In this document: in pieces, positions 1 to 9,213 of the stretch
Numbering within the stretch: the first letter of the stretch is position 1
How the letters are laid out: each line of letters opens with the position of its first letter
From: Bacteriovoracia bacterium
Lineage (GTDB): Bacteria > Bdellovibrionota > UBA1018 > JBFWNL01
DNA length: 64,000 bases
Assembly: GCA_050251055.1 (NCBI GenBank)
Contig: JBFWNL010000002.1
Span: forward strand, 128,001 to 192,000
Direction: 5' to 3'
Made by a program: the position numbers and the translations under genes
Notes under the pieces: generated by a model
Seen by the model: the letters and a program-made list of their open reading frames with translations, nothing else
The model's database searches: none
Told to the model about the DNA's origin: nothing

Positions 1-1904
1 ACGCCGACGTGGACATCGCGAAGATCGAAGCTGGCCATAAGTACGTCGGCGAAGTCGACCAGTATTGGCAGGACAACGTCCTGCGCCCATCCGACGGCAA
101 GGACGTCGTGATGTATTTCAATCGCTTGGGTTCGCTCGTGGGCGTGGGCTCCCACTCGAACGACTCCACCGGGATCGAGCGCGAATACGCCGCTAACATC
201 ACCGCCGGACGCATGCGCACCGTCGCGTTCATGGATAAGTACGAATACAACGACCTGATGCGCTCGGGGAATGCCTATGTCGTGGAAGCGTTCGCCGAAA
301 AAATCGTGCTCCCGCCGCTGGATGCCGCCCAGACCGATCAGCTCATACAAGCCTATCTGAAAAAAATTCATCCCAACTTTTCGTTGGGCGCGAAGGAAGC
401 GACCTACCTTTACAAATCTCTGAAGTACTTTCAGCCGAACCGGGCGGAACCCGACCGTTCGATGGCGGCCATTAACATGATGATCCGCTATGCCGGCCCC
501 AAGGTCGGTACTGAACCGTTTACCGCAAAGCCGGCCATTGAGTCCAAGCACCCGTACGACCCGAACTCGAACCTCGAGCACCCGATCCACTTTCCCGACG
601 CGATCTCACTGCAGCTCGTTTTTGATAAGATCGAACTCGAAGATTTTTCCGACCACCTCACGGTCGTGGACGGAAGATCGGGCCAGAATCTGCATAATAT
701 ACCGAATTCCGCGGGCGAATACTCCACCCCGACGTTCAACACCAATAAATTGGTCCTGCGATTTTATTCCGACTCCTCCAAAGAGTTCTACGGATACAAA
801 CTCAAGCAGGTAAATGGGGTGAAGGCCGTGAAGTATGCCTTCACGATGGAAGAAGTTCGCCGCGTGATCATGGAAATCGCCCAGGTTCCGCGCTGGATCA
901 TGGACCGTGACTACCAAATCATCCGCGATCTGCCCGGCAAGCTCGACGGCGACGTCGTGGGCGTGAAGGAAGGAAAAGCCGATCTGGTCCGCATGGCCAA
1001 GATCGGATACGTGGCTGGCCGCACCGACGACAAACCGGTGGCCAGCGTGCTGCTCACGGGCCCGACCGGGACCGGCAAGTCGTACATCGCCAAGCGCATG
1101 GCCGAGTACATGGAAATGCGCCTGGTGACGCTCGATATGACGGCGTACAAGGACCGTACGAAAACCGCCGACTTCATCGAAATCATGTCGAAGAACCTGG
1201 CGAACAATCCCTACGCGATTTACCTGTTCGAAGAAATCGACAAGGCCGACCTGGGTGTCCTCGACTTGCTGTACTTCATGATGGACGAAGGGATTTTTTA
1301 CGACGGATACCAGCGCCCGCTATTCGCGCGTGGCGCCTTCATGATCTTCACGAGCAACGCGGCCTCCGATGTGATTATCCAGAACCGCAACAGCCCGGAG
1401 CTCCGTAAGCTCGTGTTCAACGAACTCTCGAAAAACTTTCGCATGAGCTTTCTGAATCGATTCGACTCGATCAGCATCTTCATGCCGTTCACGAACGAGG
1501 AGTTCCTACAGCTCGCGAACGTGATGGCGGTGAAAAAAGCCAAGAACGTGAAGGAAAACTTCGATTGGACCATGACGGTCGACGCAGAAACCGTGCGCTA
1601 CATCGCGACCCAGGGCCGCAGCGACGTGCTAGGCGCCCGCCCCATGGAACGGCTGGTGGAGAATGTCATGAGTGGCGGGTTAGCGGAGTATCAGCTCCAA
1701 AAGGGCATGATTCCGGATCAAGCCAAGATCAAGATCACCAAAGAGCGGGAAGCGAATCAGTTCGCCATCCAAGTAAACGAGGGCGCCAAGCTTCCGTACA
1801 CGATCGTGCCGAACCACGACGGCTCGCTCCTGCCGGATCCCGAGTGGATGGCACACTCCCCACTCTACAACTTTTGGGCAAAAGATCGGATGTATAACGA
1901 CTAA
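1..1904 (+). CDS. ClpA/ClpB-like Hsp100 AAA+ ATPase with inserted CUB domain (5' part lies upstream of the window)
   Basis: Frame is open from the window edge. NBD1 remnant (AGHKYVGE pore loop, RAEPDRSM ~ RFLPDKAI); CUB-like IESKHPY...LRFYSDSS..YGY at ~537-815; NBD2 Walker A GPTGTGKS, Walker B YLFEEIDKA, IFTSN, FLNRFD, GARPMER. Confidence 0.85.
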   Translation, partial: ADVDIAKIEAGHKYVGEVDQYWQDNVLRPSDGKDVVMYFNRLGSLVGVGSHSNDSTGIEREYAANITAGRMRTVAFMDKYEYNDLMRSGNAYVVEAFAEKIVLPPLDAAQTDQLIQAYLKKIHPNFSLGAKEATYLYKSLKYFQPNRAEPDRSMAAINMMIRYAGPKVGTEPFTAKPAIESKHPYDPNSNLEHPIHFPDAISLQLVFDKIELEDFSDHLTVVDGRSGQNLHNIPNSAGEYSTPTFNTNKLVLRFYSDSSKEFYGYKLKQVNGVKAVKYAFTMEEVRRVIMEIAQVPRWIMDRDYQIIRDLPGKLDGDVVGVKEGKADLVRMAKIGYVAGRTDDKPVASVLLTGPTGTGKSYIAKRMAEYMEMRLVTLDMTAYKDRTKTADFIEIMSKNLANNPYAIYLFEEIDKADLGVLDLLYFMMDEGIFYDGYQRPLFARGAFMIFTSNAASDVIIQNRNSPELRKLVFNELSKNFRMSFLNRFDSISIFMPFTNEEFLQLANVMAVKKAKNVKENFDWTMTVDAETVRYIATQGRSDVLGARPMERLVENVMSGGLAEYQLQKGMIPDQAKIKITKEREANQFAIQVNEGAKLPYTIVPNHDGSLLPDPEWMAHSPLYNFWAKDRMYND

Positions 1905-1927
1905 TATCCCATTGATATCAAACACTT

Positions 1928-1967
1928 AAAAACGCGCTCGGGCCTCGGTCCGGGCGCGTTTTTTTTT
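1928..1967 (+). terminator. Intrinsic terminator after the Clp-like gene
   Basis: AACGCGCTCGGGCC-TC-GGTCCGGGCGCGTT stem (with G-U pairs) followed by a T run and preceded by an A run. Confidence 0.85.
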
Positions 1968-1988
1968 GCCCGAAGCGGGCTCCCGTCA

Positions 1989-2016
1989 TCAAGCCGCCAG
2001 ACCGAAAAACCGAAGA
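1989..2016 (+). promoter_or_regulatory. Candidate sigma28 (FliA)-type promoter for the 1291-aa gene
   Basis: TCAAG-N15-ACCGAAGA just upstream of the GGAG-ATG start; resembles TAAA-N15-GCCGATAA. Confidence 0.4.
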
Positions 2017-2027
2017 GTATTCGGAGC

Positions 2028-5000
2028 ATGGCAAGGAGATCCCCTTATTCTCGGCACGACCACGGCAGTTCGGCATTCGCCGGCTTCTGTGCTTTCACGC
2101 TCGCCGTGATCCTAGCCGTCGTCTTCCACCCGGCAGGCGATGGCTCCTCCTCTGCCTACGTTCACTATCGCCGTGCCACCGCCGCGGGTCCCACCGGCAT
2201 CAACCGCACGATCGCTCGGAGAATGGACGAGCTCGAGCCCGCCTTTGTCTTTAATCCCCCCGAAGCGATCGCCACGTCGATGCTGCGCAAACTCCTCGGG
2301 CCGGACTCTAGCGTGCTAAAGACTTTTAGCGGGATCAAGTTTTCCCCCATCAATGGACTGATCACCGTGACGGGAAGGATCCAGGTGCCGCCGGCATTCT
2401 TCCTTGCCATCCAAGACCCCCGCAATCCCGAAAACCTCGAAGCGGAGCTCGACTTCCGCATCTCGTTCCTGCCGGAGGTGCTGCCGCTGGAGAACAACTC
2501 CTATCTGCGCGTGCGCTTCACGAGCTTTGAGCTAAAAAATACCCGGGACCAGGGCTACCTCGACTATCTGCACGCGTTTCCGATCGTAAGTGGCATCGCC
2601 AGCTCCCTACTTGCCAACGAAGGGCTCGCAAAATTCGTGGAAGACCGCCCCTCCGACCCGACGGACCCCGCTCCCCGCGGAAGGCCGGGCGACGCGCACG
2701 GAAAAATTTCCGACTTCTTAGCGCGGAAAAATATCCGCTTCATGCCGGGTACGAATTCCGTGATTCTGAAGCTTTCGATTCGCGACCTGGTGGATCTTGA
2801 GGAGATGCAAAGAGAAGATCCCGAGATCGCAAAATATGTCGATCAGCTTCGCCTTTGGCAGTTCGGGCCGGTGGCCGAAAAGGCCGCGGCGCAGACGGGG
2901 CAACCCGTCACGCGGTTCAGTTTGATTGTCGGCCAGGGCCGTCCCTCGGACGAGTGGGTACGCAGCTGGAATCAGCGAAATGAAAACGTCGCCGTAGCGC
3001 TGCTCGCCGGGAAGGATGCGATTTACTCCAGCCTGGACGCTCACCGCGCGCTTGAAAAGGAGCTTCGCGAAGAGTTCTCGCGCCTGCACCAGAACTTCGG
3101 CGGGTTTCCGCTGAGCAAGCAATTCGAGCTCGAAATCAGCCAGTTTTTCTCCGAGGCGCGTGATCGCATTCACATAGAGCTCGACGCCGGCAACCCCACT
3201 TTCCGGGCCGATCCGCTAGGCAAGTACGAGGACCTGGGCCGGATTTGGCGAAGCCACCTCGTTACCCTGCTTGAGGATTTTTCGCGCCGCCATCGCATCG
3301 CCCAAGCCCAAGCGAACGCACGTAACCCGCGGGCGATCGACGCCGCCCCTTTTTTACAAGCCCGTGTCAGCCAGAAGACCATCACGTCCGTCGTCCGCTA
3401 CTTTCGGGATTTTCGCCAGGACGGTGTGCGCGTCTTCCGCGATCTCCACGTTTACTTGCAACCTAAACTTCCGGGATTCGTCGTACGGGGAAGCCTCGCC
3501 ATCGACTTAGCAAAAGGCGCGAAGGTGCCAGCGACCCAGGAAGCAATCATCCAGGCGTACCGCGGACTTTACGGGGATTTTATCCCGTTCCAGCTCGCGG
3601 TCCGTGTTTATGACCACGTCAACGGCCAAGGGGAGCCAACCGGCCGTTACGGTTTGGACCTGAAGAGCCTCCAGCTCTTCCCCGGCCAATCGGACGGCAC
3701 GCTCTTGTTTGAGCGCAACCGAGGTACCGGTGATCTCGTCATCACCGTGCTCAATCGCCTCCTCACGAGCACTCTGACCGCGGTCGCGCTCGAGCTCGAG
3801 GCCACGCTGAACTCCGAACAACTTAAAGTAGAGGGCCAGCAGATCGACGCCCAATGGCGACAATTCACGACCCAGCTAGGCGCGAACTACTCCCGTCTCT
3901 ACCAAAATTACTTAAGTCATTTTCGTGCCAGCACGCCCGGTGCCCCGTCCGCGCCGACCGTACGTTTGGACACTTCGCAGGGGGCCTCTACCATCAGCCT
4001 CGGGCAAATCAACGGGTTCTTCCAGATGGTTTCGGGCGCGATCGACCTCGACATTTCCCAAAACCCCTTCTTGCTTTCCGGCAAGCAGAAACTCGACATC
4101 AAGATGCCGCTGCTGCTGGACGAGTACGCCAAGATCGATCCGCAGACCAATTCCGTGCTGATGGCGATCAATCCCGGCACCTTCAGCCGCCTGCTCTTAG
4201 GCAGCAACCTCCCCACCTCGGTCTGGAACCTCGAAGCGATTTTCGACAAGCCCCGGGGGCGCGCCTACCTGGACGTAGCCATCGGAAACGGCGTACGTTC
4301 GGATGCCTACACGCAACACAAACAATCCCGTCCGGAAAAGGCTGACTCGGATGATTTCGCCGGCGAGGACGAAAGCTCTCCGGACTTGCTTGATTTGGGC
4401 CTGAAGTTTCGGGCCGATAAGTTCACCGAACTGGCCAACCAGATCTTGGCCGACGTGAAAGCCGAACTCGACGCCGAGCTGGCGCAGAACCTCGCCCGCA
4501 ACGAAAAAGGAACCTACTACCAGTTCAACTACGTCGGCTTCCGCGCCGCCGGCGCCAATGTCCTCGAAATGACCATCACCGCCTCGCAGGTCAAGAAGCT
4601 CGACAACCGGGGATTCTTCGCCCGGCTCCGGGGCAAACCCGAGCAGTGGGATATCGAGCGCAAGCCCATCACGATCAAGGGCCTGGCAAACATCGAGAGC
4701 ATAGCGCTCGATACGGTTTTGCCCAAGCTAAAGGTCGACAACCCCTATCCGTTCCGGGGCTCGCAGATCATGAGGTTCGATGTCACTTCCGCTTCGATCG
4801 ACACGAAGGCCATGCCGCTCTACCGGGCAATTCTGGGCCTGATTGGGATCAATCTTAAGGATCTGGATTTCAAGGGGGACTGGCTAGAGCGGCAAATCAA
4901 GCTGATCCTGATGAAGGTATTCGCGCCCAAGCTCGACAACCCGCGCACACCGGGCAGCACCAAGGTTCGTCAGTTCGCCTTGAACAAATATGTGCGCGTG

Positions 5001-5903
5001 TTTCTTTCGGGCGAAGATATCTTCCTGCAGGTCAACCCCCGCGCGATTACGCCCGCTTTCGAGTTCCAAATCGTGCCTCAGCAGGCTTACGTGAATCTAA
5101 CTACGGGCGGCCGCGCCGTGCGCAACTACGGCTTAAGCATTGACCCAATGCGCTCCGAGATCGCGGTAAATTTACGCACAGCCGGAGCGATCGCCAATTC
5201 GGACAAACTTGAAATTCAACAAATCATCAACCAAGCGGACCAGCTTTTCCGTCCGTATCTGGAGGCCCGAACGGCCGCAGAGCTGCGCAAGCTACTGGAC
5301 GACAACTCGCTCTGGCACGCGATATTCGAGGACCGCAACCCCCTGCAGCCGGGTCTCTGGTCTCGGCTTTCCGCCGTGCTCTATCAGTACCCTGAGGTCC
5401 TCCAGCTCACGCAAACGGATCGGAGCGCCTTGAAGCGGACGATCAACGAGCTTTTGCGCATCAAGGAACAGCCGGGCTCCCCCACCCCTACTCTAAACCT
5501 CACCGAGTGCGGCGCCGAACTCGCCTACGCGCTTTCGGGCGTGCTTTCCGTCTACATCCGCGCGCATCTCTTGGTGGAAAACATCCAGGCGTTGGGCATC
5601 GCCGACGAGCTCACGAAATCGCACCATTATAACGAACTCGTGGCCCGCAAGACCGAACTCTACGATCGCTACTTCCTCCCCCTTTGGGACGCGTACAAGA
5701 CCCGGTTTTCCCAGAAGAACCGCGCGATTGTCGACCAAGGCGCGACCGACTGGAATCAGCATTTTTATCCCGATGCGATGTTCGCCAACAACGTCTATCG
5801 CGCCATTCAAGCCGCGCTCAACAATGGCCGCGTGCCCCAATCGGTTTCGTTAGAAGCCAATCCCGAGGAAAACCCAGTTATCCATGTCTCAGAAAAAAAC
5901 TAA
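2028..5903 (+). CDS. Large membrane-anchored/exported hypothetical protein with about three internal repeats
   Basis: 1291-aa ORF, GGAG RBS, N-terminal hydrophobic helix, repeated motifs P.TNSV and G.G..SD.(W/Y). Confidence 0.8.
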   Translation: MARRSPYSRHDHGSSAFAGFCAFTLAVILAVVFHPAGDGSSSAYVHYRRATAAGPTGINRTIARRMDELEPAFVFNPPEAIATSMLRKLLGPDSSVLKTFSGIKFSPINGLITVTGRIQVPPAFFLAIQDPRNPENLEAELDFRISFLPEVLPLENNSYLRVRFTSFELKNTRDQGYLDYLHAFPIVSGIASSLLANEGLAKFVEDRPSDPTDPAPRGRPGDAHGKISDFLARKNIRFMPGTNSVILKLSIRDLVDLEEMQREDPEIAKYVDQLRLWQFGPVAEKAAAQTGQPVTRFSLIVGQGRPSDEWVRSWNQRNENVAVALLAGKDAIYSSLDAHRALEKELREEFSRLHQNFGGFPLSKQFELEISQFFSEARDRIHIELDAGNPTFRADPLGKYEDLGRIWRSHLVTLLEDFSRRHRIAQAQANARNPRAIDAAPFLQARVSQKTITSVVRYFRDFRQDGVRVFRDLHVYLQPKLPGFVVRGSLAIDLAKGAKVPATQEAIIQAYRGLYGDFIPFQLAVRVYDHVNGQGEPTGRYGLDLKSLQLFPGQSDGTLLFERNRGTGDLVITVLNRLLTSTLTAVALELEATLNSEQLKVEGQQIDAQWRQFTTQLGANYSRLYQNYLSHFRASTPGAPSAPTVRLDTSQGASTISLGQINGFFQMVSGAIDLDISQNPFLLSGKQKLDIKMPLLLDEYAKIDPQTNSVLMAINPGTFSRLLLGSNLPTSVWNLEAIFDKPRGRAYLDVAIGNGVRSDAYTQHKQSRPEKADSDDFAGEDESSPDLLDLGLKFRADKFTELANQILADVKAELDAELAQNLARNEKGTYYQFNYVGFRAAGANVLEMTITASQVKKLDNRGFFARLRGKPEQWDIERKPITIKGLANIESIALDTVLPKLKVDNPYPFRGSQIMRFDVTSASIDTKAMPLYRAILGLIGINLKDLDFKGDWLERQIKLILMKVFAPKLDNPRTPGSTKVRQFALNKYVRVFLSGEDIFLQVNPRAITPAFEFQIVPQQAYVNLTTGGRAVRNYGLSIDPMRSEIAVNLRTAGAIANSDKLEIQQIINQADQLFRPYLEARTAAELRKLLDDNSLWHAIFEDRNPLQPGLWSRLSAVLYQYPEVLQLTQTDRSALKRTINELLRIKEQPGSPTPTLNLTECGAELAYALSGVLSVYIRAHLLVENIQALGIADELTKSHHYNELVARKTELYDRYFLPLWDAYKTRFSQKNRAIVDQGATDWNQHFYPDAMFANNVYRAIQAALNNGRVPQSVSLEANPEENPVIHVSEKN

Positions 5904-7332
5904 GGCCTATCACGCAGAAGTCATCTACGACGTGCTTTACGGGTTCATCCGCCTCACCGAATGGGAGGCCCGCATCGTCAATTCGCCGTTTTTCCAGCGC
6001 CTGCGCTGGATCAAGCAGCTAGGTTTCTCAAACTACATCTTCCCCGGCGCCGAACACAGCCGCTTCGCGCACGTGATTGGGGTCATGCATTCCATGGAGC
6101 AAATGTTGCGCGCCTTGGGCCTGGCGGTTCCCGAAAGCGAGCTCTTTGACCCGCGCCGCCGCTCGCCTGCCGCGCTCCTGCACCGCAGCCTTCGCATCGC
6201 CGCGCTCTTGCACGACATCGGTACTTTCCCGTTCAGCCACGCCATTGAGCACTCCTACATTCGGCACGGCACCCACCACCGGCCCCGGCCTAAGGGACGA
6301 GGCGCGCGGACACCCAAGGATCTCCCCAACTCGCACGAACATCTGGGCTCGTTCATCATCAAGAACACCGACTACGAAGGCGGCATCACCCGCGTGCTGA
6401 ACGATTTCGGCCTAGATACGGGGCTCATCTCTAAAATCATCAAGGGCGACTCCCCTGACTTTATCGCCAACCAGCTCATGCACTCGGACCTGGACGCCGA
6501 CCGCATGGACTATCTGATTCGGGACGCCCACTACACCGGGATTAAATACGGCCAGTTCGACCGTGACTACATCCTGGCAAACCTTACTACCTATCCCGTG
6601 GGCAAAGGCCAGCGGGGCTTTGGCGTACGCGAAAATGCCACTCACGCGGTGGAGGACTTCCTCATTGCCCGCTTCGGCTGGTACAGCCAGATCATCCGCA
6701 ACCCCGACTCCGCCAAGTTCGACATCATCGCCTCGCATATCGCCCAGCACCTGCTCGAAATCGACGCCATCCACCAATTCCAGGATCTGCTCGAAATGGT
6801 CGCCACCGGCGATGAACGTTTTTTCTGGTGGAATGACACCTATTTCATCACGCGCTGCCAGGAGGTTCGCTATCGCCAACGCATCAAATCGCCCGCCGTC
6901 TCCGAGCTGATCGAGATGCTACTCTTTCGTCGTCCACCCAAGACCATCCAGCACCCCGTTTTCGCCCATCGGCTGATGCAAATGAAGACCGAGGCCGAAG
7001 CGCGCCGCCGGTGGTTAGCCGAGATCAAAGACGTCATCGGCCACTTCAACCGCACCCTCGCCAAGCATGGCACCGGCCAGGAATGGATCCTGGACGACGT
7101 CCAGCACAATCAGGTGGGTTTTTCGAGCCGCCTGCCTACGGAATCCGCGCCGGGCACGCAAGCCTGGGGACGAGATCCCATCAAGGTCGTGGACAAACAG
7201 GGTAAGGCCCGCCTGCTGGTACAATCCGAAAACAGCCTGATGAAATACCTGTATGGCGTGGAAAACTTCTTCCCCAGTGTCTACGCCAACGATGCGGCGA
7301 TTACGCTACTGAAGAAACGTCGCCTCATTTAG
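5884..7332 (+). CDS. HD-domain phosphohydrolase (SAMHD1/YdhJ-like dNTP triphosphohydrolase)
   Basis: FQRLRWIKQLG, HSRFAH, LLHDIG.FPFSH, HE and DADRMDYL motifs. Confidence 0.9.
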   Translation: MSQKKTKAYHAEVIYDVLYGFIRLTEWEARIVNSPFFQRLRWIKQLGFSNYIFPGAEHSRFAHVIGVMHSMEQMLRALGLAVPESELFDPRRRSPAALLHRSLRIAALLHDIGTFPFSHAIEHSYIRHGTHHRPRPKGRGARTPKDLPNSHEHLGSFIIKNTDYEGGITRVLNDFGLDTGLISKIIKGDSPDFIANQLMHSDLDADRMDYLIRDAHYTGIKYGQFDRDYILANLTTYPVGKGQRGFGVRENATHAVEDFLIARFGWYSQIIRNPDSAKFDIIASHIAQHLLEIDAIHQFQDLLEMVATGDERFFWWNDTYFITRCQEVRYRQRIKSPAVSELIEMLLFRRPPKTIQHPVFAHRLMQMKTEAEARRRWLAEIKDVIGHFNRTLAKHGTGQEWILDDVQHNQVGFSSRLPTESAPGTQAWGRDPIKVVDKQGKARLLVQSENSLMKYLYGVENFFPSVYANDAAITLLKKRRLI

Positions 7333-7344
7333 AGGAAATCCGAC

Positions 7345-8103
7345 CTAATAGAGACAGTTCGCGCGACCCTGGTCATTCGACTTTAACGTGCGCTTGATCT
7401 CGCCGTCGCGACCATTTGGAAAGCTCACCTGCGGGTACATCACGGCATCGAAGTAGGCGGAATTCAAACCAGCGGCATTACAGCTCGGCACCCCATTGCC
7501 CGCCGTGCCTTCGCAGCTGTGGTTCAGCCCTAGCAAGTGACCCATCTCATGGAGGGCGATCGATTGCAGATCCGGAACCTGGGGACTGCCCGCCACGAAA
7601 AAATTGTCATAATTGAGTTCCATCACCGCCGTGTAAAGGTCCTTGAGCGGTTCGGAATCCACGGTACAAAAGCTCGTAAGGGCCACGATCTGCGCTTGGT
7701 GATTCCAAGTGCTACGCTTATAGATCACGACCTGTCCCGTGAAGCCCGTCGTGGTTAAAATATGGTTCGTGCAAATCGAACCCGGAAATGGCTGGGAACT
7801 GATTCGAGGCGAACCCGTGCTACCGTAATCCAGCACGGTGAGATTTTTACTGCCCGTATAGAACTGGTTCCAGGTATCGGCGGCAGCGGCAAATGCGTTA
7901 ATCTCGGCGCTCGTGAAATTGGATCCCTGAAAGAACGCAATGGGGACCGAGAGCAGAGGCCAGTGACCCGAGAGCGTACCGGCCTGTTCGTCTGGCAACG
8001 CGCAGTTCTTCTGGAATTCCGTACTTTTGGAACACGAACCCACGAGCAGTACTACTGCCAGGCAGAAAATCGCTTTGAAGGAACTGCGTCGGCTAAAACG
8101 CAA
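7345..8103 (-). CDS. Matrixin-family (M10 metzincin) zinc metalloprotease, probable lipoprotein
   Basis: HEMGHLLGLNH zinc motif, AVMYP Met-turn, lipobox-like LVGSC. Confidence 0.85.
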   Translation of the reverse strand: MRFSRRSSFKAIFCLAVVLLVGSCSKSTEFQKNCALPDEQAGTLSGHWPLLSVPIAFFQGSNFTSAEINAFAAAADTWNQFYTGSKNLTVLDYGSTGSPRISSQPFPGSICTNHILTTTGFTGQVVIYKRSTWNHQAQIVALTSFCTVDSEPLKDLYTAVMELNYDNFFVAGSPQVPDLQSIALHEMGHLLGLNHSCEGTAGNGVPSCNAAGLNSAYFDAVMYPQVSFPNGRDGEIKRTLKSNDQGRANCLY

Positions 8104-8193
8104 CTATCTATCCCCTTAAAATCATTAATTTATTCAAACATAATCAACTAAATCAGTTGAACTCAACAACGTCCGATGTTATTAGTATAGTAT

Positions 8194-8220
8194 TAATCGG
8201 CAGAAGCCGCAAGTTTTTGA
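8194..8220 (-). promoter_or_regulatory. Candidate sigma28 (FliA)-type promoter for the metalloprotease
   Basis: Minus strand reads TCAA-N15-GCCGATTA, a near-consensus match. Confidence 0.55.
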
Positions 8221-8251
8221 AATGGTTTTAGAATCTGGTATGCTGCGCGAC

Positions 8252-9028
8252 ATGCCACAGGAAAAACAACAGCTTAAGACCGTCGTAATCACCGGCGGGG
8301 CCACCGGAATTGGGTTTGAAACCGCTCGACTGCTCCTCGACACCAAAAAGTATCGCCTGGCCCTCGTGGGACGAAACCGCGATCACCTGGAAACGGCGGC
8401 CACGAAGCTGGGTGGATCTTCAGATATCCTAAGTGTGCACGTTTGCGATCTGAGCGATTCCTCGCAGATCAAAAAGACGGCGGAAAAAATCATCGGCAGC
8501 TACAAAGGCATTTACGGACTCGTCAATAACGCTGGCATCTATCCTTTCGGAGATCTCAAAACCACGACCGAAAAAGCGTGGGATGAGACGATGAACGTGA
8601 ATTTGAAGTCCGTTTATCTGCTCACCCAAGCGCTACTCCCGACGATGTCGAAAAACCCGGGCGGCGGGCGAATCGTCAATGTCTCCTCCACGGCCGGAAT
8701 ATTGCCGAATCACCATGCATTGGCGTACTCCGTTTCCAAGGCCGCGCTGATCAATTTATCGCGGTCGCTCGCGAAGGAACTGGGCAAGGACAACATTACC
8801 GTAAATTGCATTTGCCCCGGTATCGTGCGCTCGCCGCTGCACGAGGCGTATCACCAGTCGCGCTGGGAGGTGGAGCAGTTCTACGCCAAGCGTGGCGCCG
8901 CCTACCCGCTCGGGCGCGTGGGCGATCCAGTGGATATCGCCGGCGCCATCCGCTACTTCCTCAGCGAAGAAGCCGCATGGGTGACCGGCGACGTTATGAT
9001 CATCGACGGTGGTCGACTGCTGACGTAG
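8252..9028 (+). CDS. SDR family NAD(P)-dependent oxidoreductase
   Basis: TGGATGIG, NNAG, YSVSK catalytic motif, CPG, IDGG; start could be 8222 or 8240. Confidence 0.92.
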   Translation: MPQEKQQLKTVVITGGATGIGFETARLLLDTKKYRLALVGRNRDHLETAATKLGGSSDILSVHVCDLSDSSQIKKTAEKIIGSYKGIYGLVNNAGIYPFGDLKTTTEKAWDETMNVNLKSVYLLTQALLPTMSKNPGGGRIVNVSSTAGILPNHHALAYSVSKAALINLSRSLAKELGKDNITVNCICPGIVRSPLHEAYHQSRWEVEQFYAKRGAAYPLGRVGDPVDIAGAIRYFLSEEAAWVTGDVMIIDGGRLLT

Positions 9029-9064
9029 ACCGTAAAGACTGCGAAAGATTCGGAAAAAATAGGC

Positions 9065-9104
9065 AAAAAAAATGGCGGCCGATCTCGGGGAAGGGCCGCC
9101 ATTT
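9065..9104 (-). terminator. Intrinsic terminator, stronger on the minus strand (may be bidirectional)
   Basis: Stem AAATGGCGGCC (9070-9080)/GGCCGCCATTT (9094-9104); 8-A run on plus gives a U8 tail on minus. Confidence 0.75.
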
Positions 9105-9158
9105 ACTTCATTTGGACCCTCACACGTGCTCTCGGGGGAAGATCCAACTTTAAGGCTA
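9065..9158 (-). ncRNA. Candidate LysR-regulated small RNA (~95 nt)
   Basis: Promoter-like TTCAGC-17-TATTCC, two hairpins each carrying CUUCCCC(C)GAGA, U8 terminator, LysR box at about -65, no ORF of meaningful length. Confidence 0.5.
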
Positions 9159-9213
9159 GGCCTAGGAATAGTCGGTCCGGCCTAAAAGCTGAAATACATT
9201 AATCAAATGCTCG

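Noticed and set aside
5884-7332. HD dNTPase as an anti-phage nucleotide-depletion system
   Set aside because: Host-like composition and no defence-island context; fits the widespread housekeeping YdhJ/SAMHD1-like family
9103-9111. Minimal ORF ATG-AAG-TAA preceded by GAGGG inside the candidate sRNA (minus strand)
   Set aside because: Too short to support by sequence alone, and the putative RBS lies in a stem; likely chance
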